A stretch of 64,000 bases of DNA from an uncultured bacterium (GCA_963702025.1 OY969699.1:1184001-1248000); one strand, 5' to 3'; shown: positions 1-11,243, numbered from the stretch's first letter. The notes: a model not told the origin generated them from the letters alone. Numbers and translations are program-made.

Positions 1-56
1 GGAGATCCAAAGCTTAATAAAGCAAGAATCGTCATTATTTTTTTATAAGTATTCAC
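1..56 (-). CDS. 5' end of a gene running off the window (probable signal peptide)
   Basis: GTG at 54-56 after AGAAAGGA; reads MNTYKKIMTILALLSFGS; directly downstream of the 81-1556 gene. Confidence 0.5.
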   Translation of the reverse strand, partial: MNTYKKIMTILALLSFGS

Positions 57-80
57 TTTTTTTCCTTTCTTTATTAACAA

Positions 81-1556
81 TTAGAATCCAACTGCCCATT
101 TACCAAAGACGGCCCAGCTTGATAGTGCATTACATTTGTCATGGTTGACCACAAACTCATATGAGGCACCAAAGCCAGCCATCCAATCAAAGCAATCGCA
201 TGCGCAACCGGTCCAAGAAAAAGCGCCATAGACTTTATTGGTAATTAATTTGCCGGCAAGTCCTGAATAAATATCCAGATCTGCCGGTGAAATAGGTACA
301 AATGCAGCATCCGCAGTGCCGGAACTGGTCATTGTTGCGTTGGAAGCAGTAAATTGACTTAATCCACAACCATTCAAATTATAAATGCCAACGGTTGTTG
401 GTAAGGGAACACAGTTATCATTTGACAATTCTAAACGCTCTTTTTGTCGCCAGAAGAGGTTATAACCAATTTCAAAGTCCCAATCACAACGCTCGTAGTT
501 CAAGCCAAGCCACCACTGAATGGTACTGCGGGGCTGTATTTTAACTCTTGACGTGGTAATATTTGCCGCAGGAAATGGAAGACCAGACGCCGCAGAATCA
601 ACCACTAAAATATATCTGCTGAACTTACCGTTTGGTAATAAATCAAAGGTGCGGCATTCTTTATGGGTAAACACATAACGGTAATAAATATCGGTCATCA
701 ACGTGAGGTTCGAATCATCGCCACAGCCACAAAAATTGATGTTATAATCAGCTAAAAATCCAACACCGAATGATGCATGCTTGCTACCAACTAATGGCTC
801 AAAAATATATTCGGCAGTTGGCGAACGGCCGGCAGGAATTGTGCCAGCGAGATATACGCCAACAAGGTTATCGCCACACCATTGGTAATTGTAACCGAGA
901 CGTAAGAAAATATCTTCAAATCCTGTACGGCGTTTGCCATCATAACAGTTATTGCAATAGAATCTGCTATACTTTAATTGCTCACTACTTAATGCTTGGC
1001 CAACCGTTGCTATTCCCGGGCAAATGGTGCTTGTATTACCTATTTCACAGCAATTTAAACGATGATGCGCATTTGTTACGCCAAAGGTCATATCACCCCA
1101 TAAACCACACCACCAATCATCAAGGTTGGCATAGGCATAGCCCAAATAAGTAAACTGTTTACGAGTTGGATTTATAGTAAATTGCGAAGAAAAAGGAGTT
1201 GCTGGTGCTTGATTGCCCAATCCTAATTCAAGCGAGTTTACAATACCTACACCACCGCCTTGAGCAACTTGTATTGAATTGTTACCATTACCTAATAAGA
1301 AAGCTGATGCAAATCGATCGGAATTCTTTCTGCTTTGTTGATAGAGAGTAAAAGCATTAAAATAAAATTTTTTATCAGGATATTTGTGATATTTATTATA
1401 AAATGTCAGCAAATCGATCCATGCCAAATCAGTGGAAGCACCCCGCGGAACAAATACATGCGATCCACATTCAACTGAAGAAACACTTACGGCATAACTG
1501 AGCGTTCCAAGCGCCAGCATACACAGAGTGAGTATTATATTTTTTTTGCTATTCAT
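81..1556 (-). CDS. Exported Cys-rich hypothetical protein, possible outer-membrane beta-barrel
   Basis: 491-aa ORF, signal peptide, alternating aromatic strands, C-terminal Phe (GKWAVGF). Confidence 0.7.
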   Translation of the reverse strand: MNSKKNIILTLCMLALGTLSYAVSVSSVECGSHVFVPRGASTDLAWIDLLTFYNKYHKYPDKKFYFNAFTLYQQSRKNSDRFASAFLLGNGNNSIQVAQGGGVGIVNSLELGLGNQAPATPFSSQFTINPTRKQFTYLGYAYANLDDWWCGLWGDMTFGVTNAHHRLNCCEIGNTSTICPGIATVGQALSSEQLKYSRFYCNNCYDGKRRTGFEDIFLRLGYNYQWCGDNLVGVYLAGTIPAGRSPTAEYIFEPLVGSKHASFGVGFLADYNINFCGCGDDSNLTLMTDIYYRYVFTHKECRTFDLLPNGKFSRYILVVDSAASGLPFPAANITTSRVKIQPRSTIQWWLGLNYERCDWDFEIGYNLFWRQKERLELSNDNCVPLPTTVGIYNLNGCGLSQFTASNATMTSSGTADAAFVPISPADLDIYSGLAGKLITNKVYGAFSWTGCACDCFDWMAGFGASYEFVVNHDKCNALSSWAVFGKWAVGF

Positions 1557-1818
1557 TTTTTCTTATCCTTTTTTATTAGAACTACTCAAAAAAATTACGG
1601 AATAAAAGATGCTCCTCTAAAAATAATGGTAACAAAATAAGACCTTATTGATTTTCTACAACATATGAATAGAGAAATCAAATAGTTTTAATTTTTTTCA
1701 CGCTTTACTCAAATAAAAAAAATCAAGTTGTCAGTACTCCAATCTTGCGTTGTCAAATTATATTTTATACCTTCCTTGTATGCACTAATTTAACAACTTT
1801 ATTTAAGGAGAGTGATTT

Positions 1819-3276
1819 ATGCATATCATAAATCCAATGAGGCATGCATTATCAATTGCATTGCTCATTTCACTCGTTGCAAGCAATGCGCATGCAACCG
1901 TATTTACCGTAAACACAACCTCAGATTCTGTAGCTAATCCGGGTTCTTTACGGTATGCAATTACTAACCTTGCCGCGGGCGCAAACACCATTCAATTTGA
2001 TATCTCTACTTCCGATCCGGGATATAATCCAACAATGCAAACATGGACCATTCAACCGGCAACTGATTTGCCAAACATAGTTCAACAAGTAACCATTAGT
2101 GGTTACACCTTCGCCGGCGCGGTTTATAATACCGCAACACCAAACACCCTTGCGCAAGGCGATAATGCAGTCTTGCAAATTATCATAAATGGCAGCAATT
2201 ATACAGTTGGCGATGGAGCTATCACGGGTAACGGTCTTCATTTTGCTGCCGGATCTGATGGATCTTTAGTAAGCGGGTTAGTAATTAATGAGTGGGTGGA
2301 TAACGGCATTTTGATTGATGGAACTGATGGCACTATTAATGGCATACAAATTAATGGCAACTTCATAGGTACTAATGCCGCCGGCACAGCAGTTGATGCC
2401 AATAGATGCGGAATCGCAATCTCAGGGACAACAAATGCAATAACTAATACGATAATAGGAACAGAAGCGCTCGCCGACCGTAATATAATTGCCGGAAGCT
2501 TCCAATATTTTAATCCCGATAGCTATGGCGTGCGTGGTGCGTGCATAAGCACGATATCCTCTTCCGGAACAACCATTCAAAATAATTATATTGGCACCGA
2601 TATCAACGGCCAGATCGCTCTGGGCAATTCAACCGCTGGTATCATTTTTAATGGGGAAACAGGCAGCCTTATTGGCGGTACTACTTCCCAATCAAATCTT
2701 ATATCAGGACATGCAATTTATGGTGTAAATCTTTCCGGGAACTTTCTCTTTAACTCGTTTGTGGGTGTCACCGGTTCAACTTTTTGTGCAGTTCAGGAAA
2801 ATAAAATTGGCACAAATATTCAGGGAAATACCGGTCTTGGCAATTCTAATGCGGGTGTTGAGGTTGAATCATTTTCAACTAATAATACGATAATAAATAA
2901 TCTTATTTCAGGAAATGGTGCAGGTATTCATCTTGGCCAAGCATCTATGCCGGGTAATAATTTTAATATGGTACAAGGAAATTCAATAGGTACTGATTTT
3001 TCAGGAACTAACATCATTGCAAATACCCGTTTTGGCATTGAGGTGAATGACAGTGAAAACACAGTCGGTGGCGCAGTCTTAGGTCAAGGCAATGCTATCT
3101 CTGGCAATGTTCAAGGCGGCATTTTGATCTACGCAACTTCTGATACAACAGTAAATGGCAATCTCATTGGAACTGATAAAACCGGAACAAAAAAGTTAGG
3201 CAATAACGGTCCTGGTATTCAAATAGGACTCAATGGGGGCCTTGGTGGCAGCAGTGCCAATACCATTGGATCTTAA
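1819..3276 (+). CDS. Exported parallel beta-helix repeat protein
   Basis: AAGGAG RBS, signal peptide, GSLRYAI motif, repeated GNxIGTD/N and NxISGN units. Confidence 0.8.
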   Translation: MHIINPMRHALSIALLISLVASNAHATVFTVNTTSDSVANPGSLRYAITNLAAGANTIQFDISTSDPGYNPTMQTWTIQPATDLPNIVQQVTISGYTFAGAVYNTATPNTLAQGDNAVLQIIINGSNYTVGDGAITGNGLHFAAGSDGSLVSGLVINEWVDNGILIDGTDGTINGIQINGNFIGTNAAGTAVDANRCGIAISGTTNAITNTIIGTEALADRNIIAGSFQYFNPDSYGVRGACISTISSSGTTIQNNYIGTDINGQIALGNSTAGIIFNGETGSLIGGTTSQSNLISGHAIYGVNLSGNFLFNSFVGVTGSTFCAVQENKIGTNIQGNTGLGNSNAGVEVESFSTNNTIINNLISGNGAGIHLGQASMPGNNFNMVQGNSIGTDFSGTNIIANTRFGIEVNDSENTVGGAVLGQGNAISGNVQGGILIYATSDTTVNGNLIGTDKTGTKKLGNNGPGIQIGLNGGLGGSSANTIGS

Positions 3277-3305
3277 AAGATAATTACCACTTTGAGGAGA
3301 TTTTT

Positions 3306-4946
3306 ATGAAACATTTTGTAAAATATTTAATATTGGGCTTATGCTCTCCCTTTATATTTCACTCAACAACACATGCTAATAAATCCAGTCATTTAAGTAA
3401 AAGGATTCACCCTTCTAAAATAGAAACCTATACAACTGCAGAGCTAAACAATCTGAGCAAGACATCACCGTCAGTAACGCGAACTACAGCCCCCGTGCAA
3501 AATGTAGAGCTCCAATTTACTGCCGCAACGGTAGAGAATTCTAAAACTCTCTACAGACCTCAACCAAACTGCAACGGATGGGTTGGCCCCGAGCAATATA
3601 TTTTAATGTCTAATAATCAAATACGCAGTTTTAACAAATTAACCGGTCAACCGGATGGGGTTCTTGATATTGATCCGAGTAGCTTTTTTCAAATTGCTAT
3701 TGCTGATGCACGCATCGATTTCGATCGTTTTGGTCAGCGTTGGTTCTTTGCAGGTATTGATACAGATTATACGACTGGTAGCTCCCCCAACCTTCATTTA
3801 GCATTCAGCGATAGCGCTATCATTACACCAAATACAAAATGGACTATTCTTGTTATTCCAAATGCCCAAATCGCACCCTTTCTGATCCCTTTAGGAAGCG
3901 GAAGCATTGATTATGACCAACTTGCCATTGATCAAAACGCCGTGTACGTAACGGTCCAAACTTTTGACGGACCTGAAGCTAATTTTTATGGCGCATCCGC
4001 AATAGTATTTCAAAAGAGTTCCTTAACGTCAAATAATCCCGTTATCACCGTTTTCACCCAATTAAATCCGGATGCCACGCCAAGTGATGATTTTGAAACG
4101 TACACGCCACCAGCAGATAATTTTGACCGAAATCCCACCTACGGTTATATTTTAGGGCCAAATCTGACTGCCTCTGCGCCAAACTATAATCTTGCAACGC
4201 AGATGTTTTTCTATCGAGTAATCAATCCTGGCAGCTCATCACCATCAATAACTCCCGCAATACCGGTTAATCTTCCGCCATCTGCATATATTACCGCAAC
4301 TGATAGATCCGATTCAACGGGAGCTCCGCACAAAGGTAATCTGTTTGGGCCTGGTTACTATTTACAAACGCTTGATAATGCGCCTGCAGCGGCACACATT
4401 CGCAACCATCAATTATTTACCTGCACTGATATTCTTGTTGATGATACGGGCACGCCAAATTTATTAGGCGATAGAATCGGCGTTGTATGGTATCAGTTTG
4501 ATTTAACCGGCGGTGGTGTAGAAACTGAATCAACAGTTCCTATTCTGGTGCAGTCGGGCGTTTTATATGATCCTACCGTCACCGCTACACCACTCTTTTA
4601 TTTTAATTCTTCCATTATGACTAATAAAAATGGTGATTTGGTTATTATAGCTAATACTTCCGGAGTAAATGAGTATGTAAATATCGTCTATGCAGGTAGA
4701 AAAGCAACCGATCAAGCAGGGCAATTACGCACTCCGGTGACCATAACTAATAATATATTCCCCTATAATTTTGGCTTAGAACAATTTTTCATCAATGGAT
4801 TTACTTTCTCCGTTCAACGGTGGGGAGATTTATCATCATTAGCACCTGATCCGGTTAATGATCTTGATATGTGGCTCACCAACCAACTGCCAATTATACC
4901 AAATGGCTATGGCATTACCGTTGCACAATTAACACCGGCAAGCTAA
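3306..4946 (+). CDS. Exported hypothetical beta-rich protein
   Basis: 546-aa ORF, GAGGAG RBS, signal peptide, RWGD motif near the C-terminus. Confidence 0.75.
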   Translation: MKHFVKYLILGLCSPFIFHSTTHANKSSHLSKRIHPSKIETYTTAELNNLSKTSPSVTRTTAPVQNVELQFTAATVENSKTLYRPQPNCNGWVGPEQYILMSNNQIRSFNKLTGQPDGVLDIDPSSFFQIAIADARIDFDRFGQRWFFAGIDTDYTTGSSPNLHLAFSDSAIITPNTKWTILVIPNAQIAPFLIPLGSGSIDYDQLAIDQNAVYVTVQTFDGPEANFYGASAIVFQKSSLTSNNPVITVFTQLNPDATPSDDFETYTPPADNFDRNPTYGYILGPNLTASAPNYNLATQMFFYRVINPGSSSPSITPAIPVNLPPSAYITATDRSDSTGAPHKGNLFGPGYYLQTLDNAPAAAHIRNHQLFTCTDILVDDTGTPNLLGDRIGVVWYQFDLTGGGVETESTVPILVQSGVLYDPTVTATPLFYFNSSIMTNKNGDLVIIANTSGVNEYVNIVYAGRKATDQAGQLRTPVTITNNIFPYNFGLEQFFINGFTFSVQRWGDLSSLAPDPVNDLDMWLTNQLPIIPNGYGITVAQLTPAS

Positions 4947-4988
4947 ATATCTGTTTTTTAAACTTAACGTAGATTATTTTGTGTTTTT

Positions 4989-5026
4989 AGTGGCCTCTTA
5001 TAAGAAAATAAGAGGTCACTTTTTTT
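4989..5026 (+). terminator. Intrinsic terminator
   Basis: AGTGGCCTCTTAT/ATAAGAGGTCACT stem followed by a T run. Confidence 0.75.
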
Positions 5027-5194
5027 AAAATCATCTATGATTTATTAAAAGCAGGTGTAAACTTAATTTAATTGAATTTTACCTTTACCATAAAACCTCC
5101 GGCAATACTCTTTTCGCTGATGTTCTTTACGTGTAATTTATGCTGAGCTCTTCTAAAAGAGAAGCAACGCCGGATGTATAGTAGAAAAAAGCTT

Positions 5195-8100
5195 ATGTCC
5201 CAACACTTTACCCATCTTCATTTACATACCGATTTCTCCCTGCTTGACGGCGCAATATCCGTTGAGAAACTGGTGGAATTTGGCCAAAAAAATAAGCTCA
5301 AGGCTTTAGCCATTACCGATCATGGCAATATTTTTGGCGCCGTAAAATTTTTTCAAAAATGCAAAAAGGCGGGAATTAAACCGATTCTGGGCATGGAAGC
5401 CTATATGACTGAAGATGCCACGGTAAGAAATGCTGAAAAAAAATATTATCATCTGATCATCCTGGTGCAAAATGAAATCGGTTATAAAAATTTATTAAAA
5501 TTAATTTCTTATTCTTTTCAAGAAGGCTTTTACTTTAAACCACGCATCGATTATAAGATCCTTGCAAAACACCATGAAGGATTGATCGTTACCAGTGCCT
5601 GCCTTGGTGGTCATATTCCTTCTTTATTAATGACCGGACAGAATGAAGAAGCGGAACGGTTAATGGATTGGTTTTTAGGTATCTTTGGGCCGGAACGATT
5701 TTTTTTGGAAGTCCAGCCGGAGGACCAGAAAGAACAAGCCATTTTAAATAATAAAATATTCGAATATGCTACCAAAAAAAATATTAATGTAGTTGCGGCA
5801 GGAGATTGCCATTATGCTACCAAAGAAGATCACGAAGCGCATGAAGTAATGCTTTCTATTCAGACCCATGATAAAATGGCCAACCCGGATCGCTATTCAT
5901 TTGGTGATTGCCGGGTTTATATGCGCACGCAAGATGAGATGCTGGAACTATTTAAAGATCACCCGGAAGCAGTATGGAATTCTGGTAAAATAGCAGATAG
6001 CTGCACCTTCGATTTTCAAACAGGAAAACTCTTTTTCCCGCGCTTTGAAATTCCGGCAGACCACACACAAGAAAGTTTTTTTGAATACTTATGCAAACGT
6101 GGTTTTGAAAATCTGATACGCCAAGAGCGCTTTGATCTGAGCAAACAAGAGCTCTATCAAGATCGGCTAAACCTTGAGATTGCTCTTATTATAAAAATGG
6201 GCTTTATCGGCTATTTTTTGGTGGTCAGCGATTTTATTCAGTGGGCGCGCCGCAATGGCATACCCGTTGGCCCCGGGCGCGGTTCGGCAGCCGGATCATT
6301 AGTGGCATGGGCTCTTGAAATTACCAATATTGATCCAATTAAATACAATCTTCTTTTTGAGCGTTTCTTAAATCCCGAACGTATCAGCATGCCTGATATC
6401 GATATCGATTTTTGTATCGAGGGCAGAGATAAAGTAATTAATTATGTTCGTGATAAATATGGCCATGACAAAGTATGCCAAATCATCACCTTTGGTACCA
6501 TGATGGCAAAGGGCGTGATCAAAGATGTTGCCCGCGTCCTTGGCTTCTCTTTTGAAGATTCAAATGCGATCACCAATCTCATTCCCGAACAACTCAAAAT
6601 AACGCTGGCCGACTCTTTGGAACAAGAGCCGCGACTCAAAGAATTAATTCAAACAAACCCCAAGGCGCAAAAATTATTTGATCTGGCTCTCCGGCTTGAG
6701 GGGTTAACGCGTCACGCTTCAAAACATGCGGCCGGCATTGTTATTTCACCCGAACCGATCGATGACGTATTGCCAATCTATGTGCCACCAAAAACAACCG
6801 AGTTGGTCACCCAATACGCCATGACTGAATTGGAGAGCCTCGGTTTTTTAAAGATCGATTTATTAGGACTTAAAAACTTAACACTTATTGATAAAGTAGT
6901 GGCACTCATACAAAAAAATTATGCTATTGCTATCGATATAGATAAATTGCCGCTCGATGATACCACAACGTTCACTCTTATCGGGCAAGGGAAAACTTCT
7001 GGCGTGTTTCAGCTGGAATCTGACGGATTAAAAGATGTCTTGCGCAAGTTGCAACCGGATAAATTTGAAGATATTATCGCCGTCAATGCACTCTATCGCC
7101 CTGGTCCGCTCGGTTCAGGAATGGTAGACGATTACATTGAACGCCGACACGGACGGCAGAAAATAAGCTATTTATTCCCGGAACTTGAACCAATACTTCA
7201 AGAAACCTACGGTGTTATCGTCTACCAAGAACAGGTTATGAAAATTGCATCGGCAATTGCCGGATTTTCATTGGGAGAATCGGATATTTTGCGCCGAGCC
7301 ATGGGTAAGAAAAAAGCAGAAGAAATGGCAAAACAACAAGAGATCTTTGTTGAGCGTGCCACAAAAAATAATTTCGACGCCAAAAAAGCCCGTGAGCTTT
7401 TTGATTTAATGGCCTATTTTGCCGGTTATGGATTTAATAAATCGCATTCGGCCGCCTATGCATTAATCGCCTACCAAACAGCCTATCTTAAGGCACATTA
7501 TCCGGCTGAGTTTATGGCATGTCTTATTTCCCTCGAGGCAGCAAACGCAGAAAATATGTCCTTCTATTTGCAAGAAGCACGCGACATGGAGTTGGATATC
7601 CTACCTCCGGATATAAATCAATCAGCGATCGAATTTACCCCCTTTGAGCGAAAAAAAATATTGTTCGGTCTGCAAGGAATTAAGAATGTCGGTTTGGCTG
7701 CCCTTGAAAATATTATTACCGAACGAACTACCAAAGGCCCGTTCACCTCTCTGCTTGAATTCTGCAATCGCATCGATCTGCGAACATCAAATAAACGGGT
7801 TATCGAACATTTAATTTGCAGCGGCGCATTTGATACCATTCCAGGCACCCGATCCCAAAAAGTAGCCGATCTTGAAAAAATCATGGATCTTGCCGCCGAG
7901 CAGAAAAAAATAGCTGCTACCGGGCAAATGGGCCTTTTTGGTATGGCAGTGGAAAATACCGATGGTCCACAATCCACTCATGAATTTATCTACCAACAAA
8001 TAGCCGAATGGTCAGATAAAGAAAAATTGGAAAAAGAGAAAGAGGTCATAGGATTTTATCTGAGTTCTCATCCGCTGCAATCATACAAAAAACTTCTTGG

Positions 8101-8653
8101 CTACCTGGGAATTTGTCCGTTTGATCAACTGCTTAAAAATAATCAGAATCAAAATCCTGAACATGAGCCGATCGTAATCGGTGCGGGACTTATAAAAAGC
8201 AAGCGCGAAATAATCACCAAAAAAGGTGATCGTATGGCATTTGTTGCACTGGAAGATATGGTGGGATCGGCTGAAATAATTTTATTCCCCAGCGTATTTA
8301 AAAAAGTAGAATCATGGTTGGGGCACCATCAAACATTCATTGTTAAGGGCGCCCTCGATAGCGCATCCCCAATTAAGTGTAAAATTAAAGCAAATGAGTG
8401 CATCCCTCTCGATCTTTTCTTTCAAGAATGGCCCTCGGTCCAAAAGATTGTATGCGCACTCAATGGCCCAATAGAACAAACAACACTGGAGACTCTTTCA
8501 AACAGCCTGCAAAAAGGAACAACCTCTCTCGAATTTTTATTTGTCGAAAATGGAAAAAAACTACGCTTGGCAACGCGTCAAAAGGTGATGGTTAATCAAA
8601 ATCTTTTTGATCTGTTGCACACACTCAATATTACGCCGCAGTGTATGTTGTAA
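5195..8653 (+). CDS. dnaE: DNA polymerase III alpha subunit
   Basis: FTHLHLHTDFSLLDG PHP start, GPGRGSAAGS, MPDIDIDF, YGFNKSH; start placed at MSQHF. Confidence 0.97.
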   Translation: MSQHFTHLHLHTDFSLLDGAISVEKLVEFGQKNKLKALAITDHGNIFGAVKFFQKCKKAGIKPILGMEAYMTEDATVRNAEKKYYHLIILVQNEIGYKNLLKLISYSFQEGFYFKPRIDYKILAKHHEGLIVTSACLGGHIPSLLMTGQNEEAERLMDWFLGIFGPERFFLEVQPEDQKEQAILNNKIFEYATKKNINVVAAGDCHYATKEDHEAHEVMLSIQTHDKMANPDRYSFGDCRVYMRTQDEMLELFKDHPEAVWNSGKIADSCTFDFQTGKLFFPRFEIPADHTQESFFEYLCKRGFENLIRQERFDLSKQELYQDRLNLEIALIIKMGFIGYFLVVSDFIQWARRNGIPVGPGRGSAAGSLVAWALEITNIDPIKYNLLFERFLNPERISMPDIDIDFCIEGRDKVINYVRDKYGHDKVCQIITFGTMMAKGVIKDVARVLGFSFEDSNAITNLIPEQLKITLADSLEQEPRLKELIQTNPKAQKLFDLALRLEGLTRHASKHAAGIVISPEPIDDVLPIYVPPKTTELVTQYAMTELESLGFLKIDLLGLKNLTLIDKVVALIQKNYAIAIDIDKLPLDDTTTFTLIGQGKTSGVFQLESDGLKDVLRKLQPDKFEDIIAVNALYRPGPLGSGMVDDYIERRHGRQKISYLFPELEPILQETYGVIVYQEQVMKIASAIAGFSLGESDILRRAMGKKKAEEMAKQQEIFVERATKNNFDAKKARELFDLMAYFAGYGFNKSHSAAYALIAYQTAYLKAHYPAEFMACLISLEAANAENMSFYLQEARDMELDILPPDINQSAIEFTPFERKKILFGLQGIKNVGLAALENIITERTTKGPFTSLLEFCNRIDLRTSNKRVIEHLICSGAFDTIPGTRSQKVADLEKIMDLAAEQKKIAATGQMGLFGMAVENTDGPQSTHEFIYQQIAEWSDKEKLEKEKEVIGFYLSSHPLQSYKKLLGYLGICPFDQLLKNNQNQNPEHEPIVIGAGLIKSKREIITKKGDRMAFVALEDMVGSAEIILFPSVFKKVESWLGHHQTFIVKGALDSASPIKCKIKANECIPLDLFFQEWPSVQKIVCALNGPIEQTTLETLSNSLQKGTTSLEFLFVENGKKLRLATRQKVMVNQNLFDLLHTLNITPQCML

Positions 8654-9304
8654 TTATGTCTTTTTTAAATAATTGAGCGCTCGCGCATACCACTCACCAC
8701 TCATTTGTTCGAGCGTTGTTAAAAAAAGCGCTTGCATTCTTTGATCATTATGTTCAAGCAAATAATCGAGCGCCACAAATAATATCGTTTCAACTTCCGG
8801 CGATTGCAACTGCAAGAGGCCGACAACGATTGCCGTATAGAGCGGCGCCACGGCGTGCACATCGGCACAGCCTTTTAACTCCTGCGCCACGGCAAATGCG
8901 CGCAGAACCATTTTTTTCTCAAGCAAATTATAGGCAAGTTTACTTAATTTACTTTGAAGACTGTGTGTACTTTTACTGCTTTTATAAATTTCCAGCAAAC
9001 GGGTTAAGTGCTTATCATCATGCGGAAGTAAAAAAATCAATTCCTCGTAAAGCGCACACGCCTCTTTATAGCGGTGTGTATGGTGATATACATGAGCAGC
9101 TTGCGCATATTTTTCAGGTGCTCGGCCATCTTGAAATGCATCCAATAAATCGCCCTCTAATTGGTAGGCGTACGCCTGATCTTCAAGCGAATGGCTTAAT
9201 AAGCGATATACTCCGAACGCTTTTTCTTTTTCACCTTTTGCAATGCATTCAGCCAATTTGAACCATGCTATGGTATATTTATCATTTGGTACATGCCTCA
9301 TCAT
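8654..9304 (-). CDS. Helical TPR-like hypothetical protein
   Basis: 216-aa ORF with TPR-like A/Y/L periodicity, convergent on dnaE. Confidence 0.7.
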   Translation of the reverse strand: MMRHVPNDKYTIAWFKLAECIAKGEKEKAFGVYRLLSHSLEDQAYAYQLEGDLLDAFQDGRAPEKYAQAAHVYHHTHRYKEACALYEELIFLLPHDDKHLTRLLEIYKSSKSTHSLQSKLSKLAYNLLEKKMVLRAFAVAQELKGCADVHAVAPLYTAIVVGLLQLQSPEVETILFVALDYLLEHNDQRMQALFLTTLEQMSGEWYARALNYLKKT

Positions 9305-9413
9305 CTCTATCCTTTATCTTCTCAATGAGCTTTTTTGGTATTCAACCATGCTCAGCTGATAAAATCAATCGATGAGAGTAAATTTCTACTAATGAACTAT
9401 TGGAGAAGGTAAA

Positions 9414-9659
9414 TTATTTATTAAGATTTGACAGACGGTTGCCCCACGCTGCCACATGACTCAACTCATTTTTATCAATCTGGGTTACATCCACTTCGAT
9501 CTCATTTGTAGCCGCATTTCGCTTGGTTGGGAAATCGCAACTTTTAACGCGGGTAAAAACAGGATGTGGCTTTACTTTATTCGGCTTAACAATGACCATA
9601 GCTTGATTTGTAAAAACTGAGAAAATTACGATAATCCCCAAGAGAAAAACACTTTTCAT
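9414..9659 (-). CDS. Small exported hypothetical protein
   Basis: GGAGGGG RBS, MKSVFLLGII signal-like N-terminus. Confidence 0.55.
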   Translation of the reverse strand: MKSVFLLGIIVIFSVFTNQAMVIVKPNKVKPHPVFTRVKSCDFPTKRNAATNEIEVDVTQIDKNELSHVAAWGNRLSNLNK

Positions 9660-9800
9660 ACTACCCCTCCCAAAACTGATAAATACTATCGTAAGATTAC
9701 GACAAACAATTACCACGATACAAGAATTAAAAAAAAATTGTATAGTTTCATGTTTTATGAAAGCATCTGTGTTTCAGGAGAAAGGAAAAGGATAAAAGAC

Positions 9801-9846
9801 GTCCTTCGATACGAAAACTGCGTTTTCTACTCAGGATGAGCGGAAG
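9801..9846. repeat. Palindromic repeat family A unit
   Basis: Reverse complement matches 54709-54754 with 2 mismatches. Confidence 0.85.
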
Positions 9847-9928
9847 AGACAATTGAGTGAGCCAGAGCCCAGCCTACGCTTAGTGCTATTATTATTTATT
9901 TATATCTTTAAGCCAATCCTTTGAAAAA

Positions 9929-9981
9929 CTGGCCGCGCCAGGCGTAGCTTGCCGAGCCGGAAGGCCCGGATAAGCGTAGAC
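9929..9981 (-). repeat. Family B repeat abutting the tRNA-Phe CCA
   Basis: GTCTACGCTTATCCGG...GCAAGCTACGCCTGGC, near-identical to 54415-54467. Confidence 0.85.
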
Positions 9982-10056
9982 TGGTGCCGGGGGTCGGAAT
10001 TGAACCAACGACGCCAAGCTCTTCAGGCTTGCGCTCTACCACTGAGCTACCCCGGC
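9982..10056 (-). tRNA. tRNA-Phe(GAA)
   Basis: GCCGGGG acceptor, anticodon arm CAAGC-CTGAAGA-GCTTG, TTCAA T-loop, encoded CCA. Confidence 0.95.
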
Positions 10057-10207
10057 AAATTAGGAAAGATTTGAATATCAGTAGAATACTTATTTAGCAG
10101 GGATTGTCAATACTTTTTGACCCCCTTAAGATGCATCAATTATTGCTAACGCGCCAAAGTATGATACACTGGCCAGGGACAGACTATGGTAATATAAGGT
10201 TATTCTT

Positions 10208-11242
10208 ATGCATGATATCAAAACCAAAATTACTCATTTACAAGCAGAACTGAAGGCCAAACTAGAACAGGCAACCTCTGCTGATCAGCTGGAAAAAATT
10301 CGCATCGACTATGTAGGTAGGCATGGCCACATTGCAACGCTCATGCCCCTTCTTAAAGATCTCCCGGAAGAAGAAAAAAAAGTAGTTGGCCCCTTACTTA
10401 ATGAGTTAAAAAAATGGGCAGAGCAGGAATACGAAATACACAAAAATAAATGGGAAGAAAGCCAAAGACTGCAAGAACTCAATAAACAAAAGTACTTTGA
10501 TGTAACCGCCTATACCTATAAAGAATTTACCGGCAATCTGCACATTCTCACCAAAGTGGTAGAAGATCTAGAAGATATCTTCATCACCATGGGATACGAA
10601 ATCGCCCGCGGCCCAGAAGTGGTAACCGATTATTACAATTTCCAGGCGCTCAATATTCCTGCCAATCACCCTGCCCGCGAACTGCAAGACACCTTTTGGC
10701 TCACCGATCCTAATTATTTACTGCGAACACACACTTCAACGGTACAAATCGAACAGATGGAAAAAAAATCTTTGCCACTTGCCATTTTTGCACCCGGCCG
10801 CGTGTATCGCAATGAGGCCACCGATGCTACTCATGATTTTATGTTCATGCAAGGTGAAGGACTTTTTATCGATAAAAATATCTCATTGGCAAATCTTTTG
10901 GCAAGTGCAAAAGCTTTTTTACGGGCATTCTTTGAAAAAAATGATTTAGAAATTCGTGCTCGTCCGGGATATTTTCCGTTTGTTGAACCCGGTGTTGAAA
11001 TTGATGCATCCTGCCCTTTTTGCAAAACAGGATGCTCCGTATGCAAATATACAACCTGGATCGAACTCATGGGAAGCGGCATGGTGCACCCGAATGTTCT
11101 GCGAATGTCTGGTATTGATCCTGAAATATACAGCGGTTTTGCTTGGGGGTTTGGTATTGAACGGTTAACCATGGTTAAATACGGCATTACCGATGTTCGG
11201 TTGTTCAGAAGCGGTAAAATCGATTTCTTAAAGCAGTTTTAA
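10208..11242 (+). CDS. pheS: Phenylalanyl-tRNA synthetase alpha subunit
   Basis: HPARELQDTF, LLRTHTS, YFPFVEP, GFAWGFGIERL. Confidence 0.97.
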   Translation: MHDIKTKITHLQAELKAKLEQATSADQLEKIRIDYVGRHGHIATLMPLLKDLPEEEKKVVGPLLNELKKWAEQEYEIHKNKWEESQRLQELNKQKYFDVTAYTYKEFTGNLHILTKVVEDLEDIFITMGYEIARGPEVVTDYYNFQALNIPANHPARELQDTFWLTDPNYLLRTHTSTVQIEQMEKKSLPLAIFAPGRVYRNEATDATHDFMFMQGEGLFIDKNISLANLLASAKAFLRAFFEKNDLEIRARPGYFPFVEPGVEIDASCPFCKTGCSVCKYTTWIELMGSGMVHPNVLRMSGIDPEIYSGFAWGFGIERLTMVKYGITDVRLFRSGKIDFLKQF

Positions 11243-11243
11243 T

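Noticed and set aside
5195..8653. Intein in dnaE (also checked in the RNR)
   Set aside because: Lengths are ordinary and no splice-junction or LAGLIDADG motifs are visible
8716..9261. 181-aa plus-strand ORF and many other short overlapping ORFs in the track
   Set aside because: Antisense or out-of-frame shadows of better-supported genes, with no motifs
10057..10207. T-box or attenuator upstream of pheS
   Set aside because: The region is only 151 bp, shared with the divergent tRNA-Phe promoter, and has no T-box consensus or Phe-rich leader
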